From the NCBI GenBank assembly GCA_964016885.1, contig OZ024741.1, forward strand, positions 266,476,001-266,540,000: a DNA stretch of 64,000 bases, given 5' to 3'. A model generated the notes under the pieces. That model had not been told where the DNA came from. It searched no databases and saw only the letters and a list, made by a program, of their open reading frames with translations. This document shows positions 13,513 through 25,767 of this stretch, piece after piece. Origin of the DNA: Eledone cirrhosa. Lineage: Eukaryota. Within the stretch, counting starts at the first letter, position 1; each line of letters starts with the position of its first letter. The position numbers were made by a program, and so were the translations under genes.

Positions 13513-13611
13513 TTAAAATAACAGATTAAAGTTTAAGCAAAGAATCGCTGCTTTCATTTATCCTTATTGAGCCCTCTTTGGATTTTAGTCTTCACATTTA
13601 TTATTATTACT
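13512..13611 (+). mobile_element. Short non-LTR retroelement 3' end with 5' inversion, inserted in (TA)n
   Basis: 13561-13611 matches 63133-63183 directly and ends in an (ATT)n tail. 13512-13556 is the exact reverse complement of 63046-63090. Confidence 0.8.
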
Positions 13612-14207
13612 ATATATATGTATATATATGAGACCAAGCAGTTAATCCTCTCCTCGACCTGTAGTTCGATTCCTCTGTTTTAATTTCAAATTCCACCAAA
13701 GATGATTTGAGTTTAAGAATATTAGTGGATTGATAAAATAAGTGGGTTGATTTGGCTGACATTTTAATTTCACCTTGTCAGAATTGGTCTTGGGTCTAAT
13801 GAAACGACGTTAAACAGAAATTGATTGGTGTGTGTGGGGCGTTGTGTTCGTGGTGCGGTGTGTAATTGTTGATGTTGTAAAGTGAGTTTTAATAAATATT
13901 TATTTTATGGGTTTGTGTAACATACATTGAAAGGACTGGTATACTGTGTATAGTCAATATATTTATTGTCTATAGAAAAACAAACAAACTGTAAATGTGA
14001 CCTCAATGAGCTATTTAAATATGATCACCCCATTCCGAACAAGCATTACTATAAAAATATCGTTCTTTGAGCTGTGACCTCCTTCCTGTCTAATGAGATA
14101 CTTGTAGTTGATGGTATTGGCCACCATTGGAATTTCGGTATCTTTGCAGTAATGCCAGGAAACCGAACGTTGTCTGGGATATTGAGAATACACACACACA
14201 CACACAC

Positions 14208-14522
14208 ACAGGCACAGACACACGGGCACAGACACACGGGCACAGACACACGGGCACAGACACACGGGCACAGACACACGGGCACGGACACACGGGCACG
14301 GACACACGGGCACGGACACACGGGCACGGACACACGGGCACGGACACACGGGCACGGGCACACGGGCACGGACACACGGGCACGGACACACGGGCACGGA
14401 CACACGGGCACGGACACACGGGCACGGACACACGGGCACGGACACACGGGCACACGGGCACACGGGCACACGGGCACACGGGCACACGGGCACGGGCACA
14501 GACACACGGGCACAGACACGCA
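14208..14522. repeat. CpG-rich 14-bp minisatellite (ACACACGGGCAC[A/G]G)n grown from a (CA)n tract
   Basis: Read directly from the sequence; 6-bp and 8-bp subunits are present. Confidence 0.96.
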
Positions 14523-14559
14523 TAAGGCCGGCTCCACATTTTTATCCGACACAATTGAA

Positions 14560-14795
14560 TAATAATAATAATTGTTTCTACTTTTGGCACAAGGTCAGCA
14601 ATTACTCAGTGTATTACTGGTACTTTATTTTATCGACCCCGTAAGGATGAAAGGCAAAGTTAACCTCGACGGGATTTGAACTCAGAATGACAAGGGCCGT
14701 AACTCTATGCGTCAAAGCATGGCGTCCGACCCTCTACCGATACTGCCAATCGACCGCCATAATAATTGTTTCTACATTTAGCACAAGGCCAGCAA
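14560..14795 (-). mobile_element. Full-length tRNA-SINE plus 3' stub of a second copy
   Basis: Reverse complement of the 22711-22901 family with an (ATT)n tail. A second tail aattgtttctacatttagcacaaggccagca follows at ~14763-14793. Confidence 0.9.
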
Positions 14796-15279
14796 ACCGC
14801 CATAATAATAATAATAAATATGAGGGGACAGTGAGTATCTGTGACAATTATACCTCCCCCCCAAAAGTATTCGTCAGTAGGTAGTTGAATCGTAACAGTA
14901 ACTATAGAATTATAAACTTTGTGGTTTGGTGTGTGGTTTATGCACAGTATTATTAATAATCGCTGAATTAAAATCGGCCCATGAAAGGGGATTTCTAATC
15001 GCATTAATGGAAATGAATCCGGGTCTTTTCTCTCTCTCAAGGAAAGACGATAAATTATGCTATCTATATAAAAAAAGACAATCAAGTACAACTGTTGCTC
15101 TCTCTCGCTCTCTCTCTCTCTTTCTCTCTTTCTCTTTCTCTCTTTCTCCCTCTGACAATCGCATTAATAGCGGCTTAAATTTAGTAATTTGGCCGGTCAA
15201 CCTAGCTTCTCTTTTCTCGCACTCGTGTGTGTGTAATCTGTGGATCTATCCTTGTATTGAATTTTGAGTCTCCCGTTTG

Positions 15280-15355
15280 CACAACCAAACCGATGAGTTT
15301 TTCGCAGTCTGAATATGGCGAGGGAATATTTCTCTACTACTAAACCTACCTTATG

Positions 15356-15402
<47 letters not shown>

Positions 15403-15410
15403 CACATTCG

Positions 15411-15444
<34 letters not shown>

Positions 15445-15690
15445 CACACACACATACATGGAGCAGCTGAAGTCAGTGCAAACGGCAGGACGTCGAATTG
15501 CTTTGCTTGCTTGCTTTTACAAAAGTTCGAATTTTTTTGGTATACCTGTTCTGGCTGCTCTTGTTTCATTAAATGGGCTAAACTGTGGTGTGGGCGGGGC
15601 CTGTTTCCCCCTTTAACGTCACGTAAGAAAGTTTCACACCGCAGTTATTTTGTTTCTCTACACCGTCTCCCCTTTCTTCTAAGGTGAAAT
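15280..15690. promoter_or_regulatory. Second promoter-like CpG patch
   Basis: GC box GGGCGGGGC at 15592-15600, a CRE-like ACGTCACGT at ~15616-15624, a YY1-like AATATGGCG at ~15312 and raised CpG density. This is motif inference only. Confidence 0.3.
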
Positions 15691-17281
15691 GTATCGTGTG
15701 TGCATGTGTATTTTAAATAATATATCGAACCTCAAGCTCTTGAACTAGTTTTTTTTTTTTTTTAAACCAATCAAACTAGGAAAGATATAGTTATGGAAAT
15801 ATATATATATGGAAATATATAATCTATATCTTTCCATAACTATATTGTGTCCCTGAAATTCGAAGTTTGTAATTTTAAAGTTCAAATTATATCGGAGTCA
15901 TAACTACAGCTATCTGATTAATAAAATTGGAAGGTATGATGAAATAATTTCCGAGTTCATGTTTAACCTACTGCAACAAATACTCATCGAAAGAATTCTG
16001 TAAAAAAATATATAAATAAATGGAGTTATGCAGTAATAAAAGTGGGAAAAAGAAAAACTAAAAATTCATCAACGTATCAATTTAATTTTAAAATCTATTG
16101 AGTTATGAGGACAAAAAGTTGGTAGAGCACTGAACTAGTTTTATACCGGTAAAAAAAAACAACTAAAAATATATCCTAATCGAGTTTACAATTCGATCAA
16201 GAATCTCTGAGGTCATTTTGTTGCTTATGTCACAATTTAGCATTCTCTCTCTCTCTCCTTTTTTCTTTTCTCTTTCTCTCTTCTTTCTGCCTCTCTCTTT
16301 GTCTTTTTCTCTCTCCATACAAAATCTCTTAATATAAGAAACACGATTGTTATTTTAGGGAGGAGTATTTTTATAAGGCCCTTTAATGTCATTTGTAGGT
16401 CAAATACATTGTTTTAAAAATAGTCAAGTTATTTTAATTATTTAGTCTTTCCTGTGCTTTGAGAACCCTTTGAAACTAAATTTGGTGAGCACTATATATA
16501 TCAAGTAAGAATACTTTCGAAACAGCGAGCGAGTTTGAAATTATAAATGTAAGCTATCGCCGTATTTTGACTAAAGAAATTAAAGAAAATTATTTAGCCT
16601 GATAGTGGGGTTAAGAACCCTCGGAGAAATTGAAAAAGATGAGTATTGACGTACATGTCAAAATACGGCGATAGCTTACATATATATATATAAATATTAT
16701 TTATTTATCAAAATTTTAATGTGTGTGTTAAAATTATTTTTGTATGTACAGCTTTAAAGTTTGTAAGAAAAAAAAAAATGCAAATTTTTACAATTCGGTT
16801 TCATGGGATATAGAGACGAAATATTCTCTAGTTAGCACTTGTAGCTGTACCTCTTGGTTGTTGCGTCCTTTTTCAGCACCGCTAGTTATAATACTGTGTT
16901 GTTGCTGCTGCTGCTGCTGCTACTACTACTACTACTACTACTACTTAACGATTCATGTTGATTATGATATTATTACTGATATAATAGTCATTAACTGATA
17001 AATTACTAACGGTGTGTCACAGTTACTTAGCATACGTTAGTGCACGATGGAAAGCTGTGCTGAGTCATTCACTCGTGGTTATAACGTCATGAAAAAACAC
17101 GATAGTGTTGCTGACAGCACTGAGCCGACGTAGAGGACATATTCTACTGGGTTTTATAATGTTAATGGAAGTCGTGGCGTTCATGCAGCACTGTTGCCGG
17201 CTGGAGCCTCTGTAAGGTTAACGGAATGTTGGTGGCGTTCATACTTTCCTCAAACATTAGAAGCTAAATGAATCGCAGCAG

Positions 17282-17447
17282 CAGACCTGCCAACCTCTAA
17301 AAACCAAACGGAGTAACATGAAAAAAAGTGCCCCAAAACGGCGATTTTACATAATGAAAGCTATACCCATTTTCACCAGAGAAGACATCTCTCACTCACC
17401 CCAAAGTGGTGGATCTCCCCGTCGGACGGTGGGAGTTGACAGGTCTG
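17282..17447. mobile_element. hAT-like MITE with TIRs CAGACCTGCCAAC / GTTGACAGGTCTG
   Basis: 13-bp TIR with one mismatch; second copy at 3171-3342. Confidence 0.8.
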
Positions 17448-17550
17448 CAGCAATGGTGCAGACACTGTTGCCGACTGGACACTCTAAGACCTTTATAAGG
17501 ATAATGGGATGTTGTGGCGTTCATACTTTCCTAAAGCATTAAGGCTAAAC

Positions 17551-17784
17551 CAGGGATCCCCAAACTTCCTACCCTTTTATCGAATCCTTGGCCTCCTTAT
17601 CGACCTCAGATGTACAGAATATAAAATAATCAATAAAAACTAATGGATAAATCAGACCTGTATAAACAAGTTGTATTATGAATTTTGTTTTCTCTTCTCA
17701 CACAAATATCAGGTTTTGGCCTAAAAGTTCAATCGACCCCCCCCCCTCCTGGGTAGTTCCATTGGCTACTTTGGGAACCTCCTC
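17551..17784. mobile_element. hAT-Charlie-like MITE with degenerate 8-bp TSD
   Basis: TIRs cagggatccccaaa and tttgggaacctcct. The flanks ggctaaac (17543-17550) and gtctaaat (17785-17792) fit the Charlie NTCTARAN target. Confidence 0.75.
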
Positions 17785-18468
17785 GTCTAAATGAATCAGT
17801 AGTTAAACACCATTAAATATGACAACTCAGACTTATGGAGTGAATATGATTTATACCGGTTCATAAATATTACCTAACAAACCCTGTCTAAGTGATTGCT
17901 GTTGCTACTATTACTACTATCATTATCACTGCCACCAGTCTCACCACCCCCAACAGTTCCTTTCCTCCACCATTCAGGTTAGTGAACACACACACACTCA
18001 CTATGGAGCTGTATGTTAGATGAATAGAATATAGAAATATTTTATGCATGTAACATTTGTTGTTTGACTATAAGCTTGTGTTGGCTAGAGTATAAATGTA
18101 TGTATTAGTGAAGAACATGTATTGCTGTAGGTGTACCTGTGTTTTACTGCAGTACAGGAACACATGGTTGAATTTATAAGGACACGCACACAGTTGGCCA
18201 GGGACCATGCCGGCTGCTCTAAATACTCCCATACACTACATAAGTAGCATCATATTTCTCAGGAAGGTATACGGATTAAAGGAGAGATGTAGACTCACAA
18301 TTCTTAATAAGTGGGACATTTGAAGATTGATTCCTGTGGAAAAAATATTTTTTCATTATTTGTACTATTTTAGAATTTATTTTCCATAACATTGGCCCTT
18401 GTTTTAGGATGCTAGTTAAATGACTATAACGTTGTAATATCTTGTTTTATACAGTATATGGCTGTTAA

Positions 18469-18661
18469 CCCTTTAACATTTAAACTGACCATTTCTGGCC
18501 AGCATTCGCTCACCTCTTTCTGTTCAAACTGGCTGCTCATACTGATAAGGTATTGTTCTCGAAATAAATAACATCAAAATCTCAGATTCAGTATTATGTG
18601 AGGTAAAGTCTTTACCTAAAAAATGCAATAGTATCTATAGAGTAATGTAAATGTTAAAAGG
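18469..18661. mobile_element. piggyBac-like MITE, family A
   Basis: ttaa|ccctttaacattta ... taaatgttaaaagg|ttaa; reverse-complement homolog of 1800-1995. Confidence 0.75.
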
Positions 18662-18899
18662 TTAATGCTACATAACTTGGGGTCAATATAATTGTGGTTG
18701 GTTGACAGCTTTTTTCATTATACAAATCCCAAATACTACTGAGACTTATAAACAGCCGTTAAACTTGACATGTCGTGATACAAACCCCAAATATTACAAA
18801 CACTCATAAACAACTCATAAACTTATTTCATGATACTCCAACTATTACAGAGACAGAACAAATTCTATTTCGAAAATTCTGCCAACCTTAACTTTTATT

Positions 18900-19070
18900 A
18901 GGGTGGTGGATTGGCAGTATAGGTAGTGTTGGACAACGTGTTATGGCCCTTTACATTCTGAGCTAAGATCCTGCCAAGGTTAGCTTTGCCTTTCATCAGT
19001 AATGCCCTGGGATTGAGTTAATTGTCTTTCCCTTTCCCTTCAAATTGCTTGCCTTGTGTCAAATATAGTA
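18900..19070 (+). mobile_element. Diverged tRNA-SINE (22711 family)
   Basis: Head ggtggtggattggcagtataggtag, then ctttgcctttcatc and gccttgtgtc. Confidence 0.75.
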
Positions 19071-19774
19071 ATGGTGGCTGCATATATCTGGTTTAGAATA
19101 GGTAAACTCTGTCCTTGTGTGCTGTAAGAGGTGAATAAGGGTTGGTATCAGGCTGTAAAACATTGCCTCAAAAAGGACCATGATCAATATGAAGTTTTCA
19201 GGGGCCTGCAAGGCTAACTCCTGATTTAGTAGGGAAAATATCTTTAAAATACTAGTTGTATTGAAAAGTAGGAATGGCTTACCATTTCTACCACCAAGCA
19301 GTTATCTAATATTAATTCTTTGATTTCTTCTATGTTCTACTGCTGCTATTATATATTGTGCATTGAGTATTTCTGTGCCTGTGTCACTTGCTCTTCTCTT
19401 GCCTTTCTAAATGTCTTATCATTTCTCTACTGAATGTTGATACATTACTATCAACTGTTGACATCTACATCCTCTTTTCCATGGGTTGTTTTTTTTCAGC
19501 ACAGCTTGCCTCCACCTATTATCTTCGTTATTTCTCTGGTTCAGCATCTTAAGATCCACTCACCACTTTTGCTCAGGTTTTCCTTTGTCTTTTCTGCAGT
19601 TTCCTTCCATTTGCAACTCCTTGCAGCAATTATCCAAACACATCAAATGTCCATACCAGTGCAATTTTCTGTCTTGCACACTTCATCTGATTCCCCTTAT
19701 ATACAGTTTTTCCTTCAACTCTGTGCTTTGTCATTCATGCATACAAACATTACACACACACACACATATCTACC

Positions 19775-19820
<46 letters not shown>

Positions 19821-20308
19821 GCACATATATATATATATATATATATCGTTTCTGAATTTGTTTAGCAAGATTCTTTATTCTTATTGGCAACATGACCCTC
19901 CCAAAGTATAACTATATATATGGTGGCTGCCAACTCGTTTTCGAGTGCGGCCACTATTTTATATCCATGTAGGAGAACCCCTACCAGTGCGCTGAACGAG
20001 TGTGACTTTTTAGTCCAGCGACTTGAAAACTCTGGTACAAACACTACACCTGTGACAATTATTGACATAGTGCTGGGCCCATGGTACCATGTGACAAGTG
20101 CAGAGAGATCTCCAGATATAAAGCAATGCCTGTGCTGTGAAGCTTTTATAGTGAGCAAAGGCACTGCACAAAGCCAGTCCCACTCTCTTAACCAAGATGA
20201 TATTTACCAAAAAGAACAAGTCAACATCACTGGATACCATCAGGGTTGCAGGTGTTATATCAGAGTTTTCCTTCTAGGAGAACTAGTTTTCCTTCTAGGA
20301 GAACTGTG

Positions 20309-20340
<32 letters not shown>

Positions 20341-21469
20341 TACACATATCTACCTGTATATATATAATGAATTTCTTACTTCACAACATCCATTCATAAC
20401 CATTGTCATTATCGCTTTGTTGTTGCCATCAATATCGTCTTGTAATTCCTTCCTTACATTTTTGCCTTTTCCTTTGTTGAGTACAGAAAGGAGGCTTTAA
20501 TGGCACAAAAACCAGTAATATATTGAGTGATTCAGTGATTGAGTGGACTGGAACAAGGGAAAATGGAAGTGTTGCTGAGACACATTATACCACCCAGTCC
20601 AGGACTGAAACACAACCTTATAATAGAGACCATGTGTAAAGCATCAACATTCAAGGCTCTAACAATTCCACCAATCTACTGGTCTGGATTGGTCCTTTAT
20701 TTATTGACCTTGAGAAGATGAAATGCAAAGTTGAACTCAGAATGCCAGGCATTTAAACTCTCTGATGACTCTAATCAATTGACAGCCTAAATTATCCGTA
20801 CAAGATGTTTAGTTTTGATAGTTTTGTGTCTCATATATTTGGTCAACTGAACGTCTCTCTATAGATGACCTAGAAGTTAGGGAGTTGAGATCATGATTGT
20901 AGAGGTCGTAGGTTCAATTCATAAACAGATTTACCTGTCGTGACACTTCATTTCAGGTTCCATCAGGTCTCTTGGGTAAAAATGAGTACCAGTAACAACT
21001 GGATTTAACTTTGCAACAGACCTACTTGTTTTGTACCCTGTCATTTCCCTCTCATGAAAATGGATATGAGAAGCTTCTAGGCTCAAGTATTACTAAGCAT
21101 TTTGATACCAAACTGCCCCAGAGTCTATTGTATTAGTTCTTGTGGTACCAAACTGCCTGAAACCACTCCTAGGTTTACAAACTGTCCTAACACTGACCTT
21201 GGGTTTCCAATACAAAACCTTTAAAGTGTTTTTATTTATCTGGGATCCTATCATAATTTGATGTAAGAACATTTGTTCTAAACACCAGCTTATAAAGAGA
21301 AAGTTATATTACTAAATCCCTCCAAATTACACATTATTTCCAAAATTATACACGTGTTTTTCCTAAGTAATATCGTGACAAAAGGGTTAAAATCTTTCTC
21401 ACCATTGCTTCTGCTTTTTACTCCATCCTTCCTCACCTCTAGCCATTTTATGCTTCTATCATATTTTGT

Positions 21470-21832
21470 GTGTGTCTCTCTTTCTCTCTCTTTCTTTTTT
21501 TCTCTCTCTTTCTCTTTTTTTCTCTCTCTCTCTCTCTTTTTTTCTTTCTCTCTCTCTCTTTTTCTCTCTCTCTTTTTCTCGCTCTCTCTTTTTCTCTCTC
21601 TTTTTCTCTCTCTCGCTCTTTTTCTCTCTCTCGCTCTTTTTCTCTCTCTCGCTCTTTTTCTCTCTCTCGCTCTTTTTCTCTCTCTCTCGCTCTTTTTCTC
21701 TCTCTCGCTCTTTTTCTCTCTCTCGCTCTTTTTCTCTCTCTCGCTCTTTTTCTCTCTCTCGCTCTCTTTCGCGCTCTCTTTCGAGCTCTCTCGCTCGCTC
21801 TCTCGCTCTCGCTCTCTCGCTCTCTTTCTCGC

Positions 21833-21869
<37 letters not shown>

Positions 21870-21874
21870 TTCTT

Positions 21875-21905
<31 letters not shown>

Positions 21906-21950
21906 CTCTCTTTCTCTCTCTCTTTCTTTCTCTCTTTCTCTCTCTCTCCA
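21470..21950. repeat. (CT)-rich polypyrimidine tract with 18-bp unit CTCTTTTTCTCTCTCTCG
   Basis: Read directly from the sequence. Confidence 0.96.
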
Positions 21951-22710
21951 GTTTCCATTCTCCTCTGCACACTTTCTTTCTACCTTTTTTTTTTAAATTT
22001 TATGTTCATTCATTTTCTCTCTACCAACTTCTTTGTAACATTTTTTTGTTGGCTTTGTACCAGTCTGTGTTCTGAATGACTTTCTATCCAGGTGTTTTCA
22101 TAATGAGATTCACAACACCTTCATCTTTCTATTACTACTCTCAATGTTAGTCATCATCACACACAGTTGCTGAGTCACCCTGACCAACTGAATAATTTGC
22201 CGATTAACTATTGTGTAATTTCAATATAGTTATTTCAGGGGAGATAATGCTTTTGGTGATGGCACTACCCCCCCCCCCCCCCCCCCATAAACAACAAAAA
22301 TGACGACTTTTATTAAATAGAGAATGGCACTTCTGTTTAAAATGTCAAGTGGAACCATTGATAAATTATTACCTAAAGACATCTCATTTTATATTTCATA
22401 GTAAAATATTACACTTCGATCTCAGCCAAATGGTTGAGATCAATAATTCTTAAATGTGATTGTGTATGATGTAACATGCTGGAGGTGAGGAATCAAGCTG
22501 ATATATAAACAAATGGACATTTGAATTGTCAAAAAGTGATAGCTTTTTAACTTATGACATATTTTACTGGTCTTAATGGTTGGCACTTCTGGTGAACATG
22601 AACTCTATTGATTTATTGTCATCATCCTTAACTATGAGAGGATACTGAATACATGTGAACACATATACTTTCATTATTGAATACTTTTAAATACAATATT
22701 AAATACAATA

Positions 22711-22901
22711 TGGTGGTGGATTGGCAGTATCGGTAGAGGGTCGGACGCCATGCTTTGACGCATAGTTATGGCCCTTGCCATTCTGAGTTCAAATCCCGCC
22801 GAGGTTAACTTTGCTTTCATCCTTACGAGGTCGATAAAATAAAGTATCAGTAATGCACTGGGTAATTGCTGGCCTTGTGTCAAAAAGTAGAAACAATTAT
22901 T
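22711..22901 (+). mobile_element. Full-length tRNA-derived SINE (~190 bp)
   Basis: A-box TGGCAGTATCGG and B-box GAGTTCAAATCC. The central domain ctttcatccttacgaggtcgataaaataaagtatcag resembles Meta/Sauria-type SINE domains (from memory). It has an (ATT)n tail and a 15-bp TSD attattgaatacttt at 22673-22687 and 22896-22910. Confidence 0.92.
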
Positions 22902-22918
22902 GAATACTTTCAACAAAA

Positions 22919-23748
22919 ACGAGTTGTCAGAAAAGAAACAGGACTGGGGGTCACAAAATGATTTCAAATCCAAACAAAGTTTTGCTCTTCAAAATAATCC
23001 CACTGAAGTCTAATGCACTTTCCCATCCTTTTCTGCTGTGCCTCTATGCACTCCTGGAAGGATTCTCCGCAGCTCCATCGTCATAGCCCTCTTGATGGTT
23101 CTGGCGCTTGGTTTCCAGGTTGTACTTAAAGATCCATGACCCATCACCGGTGTTGACTCTCCTCACCAAGTCTGGTTTGGTTTCAAGACCCCTTGAAGAT
23201 GTCCTGACTCACCTGCTCCTTCTGGTCATTGTTCAGCAGTTTCGGCACCATTTTTTTCACAGATCTTCTGCATTCCAAAATCTTCGAAACACTGTTGCGG
23301 TTCATGCTATGTTCATTTGCAATCAGTCAAACAGTCAGCCGACGATCGCCACACACCACCTGCCTCACATGTTCAACGTTGGCCTCAGTGCTGCTTGTTG
23401 AAGGCCTCCTGCTCCTGTGGTTGTCTTCCACCTTTTGTGCCACTCAAAAACCTGTGAGCACAAACATTTTCATCTCTGTACACTTGCTACAGTATTGAGT
23501 TCTTCTGACAGTTCTCAGCCGGACCAGAAACTTCAGGCTAGTTCGTTGCTCTGTGCCCTTTTCTCAACAGCCTAAAATTGAGCTGTTAACAAAAGCACGT
23601 GAAAAGACATAATGGCTGCAGAGAGCCGAGGTCGCAGTTATATACTCCCTGAATATTGCATCACACGGTGATGCAACCTACTAATCTTTACCCCACTCAT
23701 AGCTCCCACAGTACACTAAGCCTTGTTACTTTTCTGATACACCTTGTA
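22919..23748 (-). mobile_element. Internally deleted mariner transposon (transposase pseudogene)
   Basis: Minus-strand peptides EQRTSLKFLVRL, VFEWHKR, VEDNHRSRRPSTSSTEANVEHVRQVVCGDRRLTV (mariner HTH region) and QKRMGKCIRLQWDYFEE (mariner C-terminus). The degenerate TIRs are acgagttgtcagaaaagaaacagg and ccttgttacttttctgatacaccttgta. Confidence 0.9.
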
Positions 23749-23979
23749 TATACTAACAAAAATAATTTTCTTTGCATGACACACCAGCAATTGTAGTAAT
23801 GTGTAACAATTTCTCAGAAGCAGTTTAGTTTTGAGTTGAGGTCGTGTGAATTATTTGGTAAAACTGTTGTTACATTTCGAAATATTTTAACCCATATTTT
23901 CCACTGTCTTCCAACTACATGACATTTGTATTATAATTAACTTAATTTAATTTTGATGCCCAATAATGAAAGTGTTTTA

Positions 23980-24150
23980 CCCTTTTGTTGCCATATTTCT
24001 AATGAGTCACTGTCTATGATTTTTAAATTTTGAAAGTAAGTTATTTGTAGCATAATATAAAATTATGGTGGAAAGTTTTTAGATAAATATAATGAATTTT
24101 GTATTAAAAAATCAGGGCCAGTTTCAGGCAGTTTGGAATGAAAAGGGTTA
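23980..24150. mobile_element. piggyBac-like MITE, family B
   Basis: cccttttgttgccatatttct ... ggccagtttcaggcagtttggaatgaaaaggg|ttaa. Related copies lie near 290, 1081, 11990-12135, 21100-21390, 25100-25288 and 30190. Confidence 0.6.
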
Positions 24151-24874
24151 AAAAACGAAAGTATTAATGAAACTATTTACATTCTTGATAACATCTTCAA
24201 TATCCTTCACTAATGTTATGGCAGCAAGTAGTGTGGAATGGTTTAATGATAATTATAAAAATTTAATTAGGATTGCATTTACAAAAATATTTGTAAAACT
24301 GAAATATCTACATGTAATTACTTATTCCAGACGTTTTTAATCACAATATTCATAGTAAAACTATCACTCACTGTTTGTTAGATTAAGGTAGTGATAAACA
24401 CCTTATATTTCTTTATACTATATTTGTTGTTTCACATCCTTCTACTCCAACACTCCAGCTTTAGCATAACAGCAAACAAAAACACTGAGCTCATTGTATC
24501 TGTCTGTGTGTCTGTCCCTGTAGATATAATTACTATAATCTATATTAAATATAAATGCTTATTGGATTGCTCATTTTATTTTGCCTCACTCATATTTCTC
24601 CATCTCCATCCCCTGTTGCCCAGTTTCAATTCTTCATATTTTCCTTTTATCATATTCTATCTTGTCACTCTTTATAGTACCTCCAAGATAATTGTTTTGA
24701 AAAAAAATGTTTCTTTCAAACAATCATTTTTCAAAGTCTGTTTTAAATTTTCTTTGAGCATGTACAAAACCTATTTCGATCGAAATATAGCTATTACGTT
24801 TAGCCCAGGGTAGCTCTGATTGAGAAAAAGAATGATCAGCATTTCAAATATGACCTCCCAGTCATTTTTTTTAA

Positions 24875-25288
24875 CCCTTAAGCATTTAACCCTTTAGCAT
24901 TCACATTACTCAATATATAATATTATATTTTCATGGTAAAGGCTTTACCTTACATAATATCTCACATAATATCGAATCTGAGATTTTGAAAGTATTTATT
25001 TTGAGAACAATACCTTAACACCAGTTACAACCAGTTTTAAAGGGTTAAGCTGGCTATAATTGGCAGCTTATACTTATGTTAAGGTATTGTTCTCAAAATC
25101 CCTTTTCATACCAACCCTTCCAAAACCAGCTCTGGTTGTAATGAAACAAAACCACACATTTTAAAGGGTATCTATTCAAATTGGAAGTTTTCCAGTTACT
25201 ATCTTAAATGAAATAATCAGTAAATCCATCAAAATTCTTCATTAATTGAAATAGTATTCCATTAGTAATACGGTCACAAAAGGGTTAA
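24875..25288. mobile_element. Nested cluster of three piggyBac-like MITEs
   Basis: A family-A copy (24890-25044) is flanked by TTAA inside the TIR of another family-A copy starting at 24875. A family-B copy follows at ~25100-25284 and ends aaaggg|ttaa. Confidence 0.7.
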
Positions 25289-25746
25289 TAACTCAGAATT
25301 TATTTTTTTAATTACTATGAAAACATTAATTTTCCTGCTGTCACTATTTTAACTGTTAATATTCTGTAATGGTTTAGCAGAAAATATCTAAAAATGAGTT
25401 TATTTATTCAAATGTTTTCAGTATCTTAGTGAAAATTTGTAGTAAAATATTAAAATTTTCAATGTGATGTAATTATAGTGTTTTAGCTTTTCAAGAATAT
25501 CTTGCTTATGTGGTTTGATGTGATACAAGACATTGAGTTAACCAATATCACGAATATATGAATTATTTGCAAGTCAGACTTATCTATCCATATCATTGTG
25601 CATGGGAGAGAGAAATTGGGAAGTTTTCTGTTGTAGAAGATAGTATTTGATATTGTTGTTTGTATACAGGACACACACAATACATACATAAATTTTTTTG
25701 TACAACTTGGATTATTAATAAAGTATTTTTTGTCTTGGTGTTTCAG

Positions 25747-25767
25747 ATTTCACTAAAGTTTATCTAG
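25747..25767 (+). other. Candidate 21-nt microexon
   Basis: T-rich tract and TTTCAG acceptor, 21 nt ATTTCACTAAAGTTTATCTAG, then AG|GTAAGC donor. Only the phase-1 frame (x-FTKVYL-x) is open. Confidence 0.45.

Noticed and set aside
14011-14590. Cys/Pro-rich metallothionein-like or His/Gly/Thr-rich ORFs
   Set aside because: They are translations of the 14-bp minisatellite in multiple frames.
21290-22079. Arg/Glu/Lys-rich and Ser/Leu/Phe-rich ORFs
   Set aside because: They come from the (CT)n/(AG)n tract.
22711-22800. tRNA gene candidates with A and B boxes (also 62610-62688)
   Set aside because: They are SINE heads: multiple diverged copies with SINE bodies, tails and TSDs, and no full cloverleaf.
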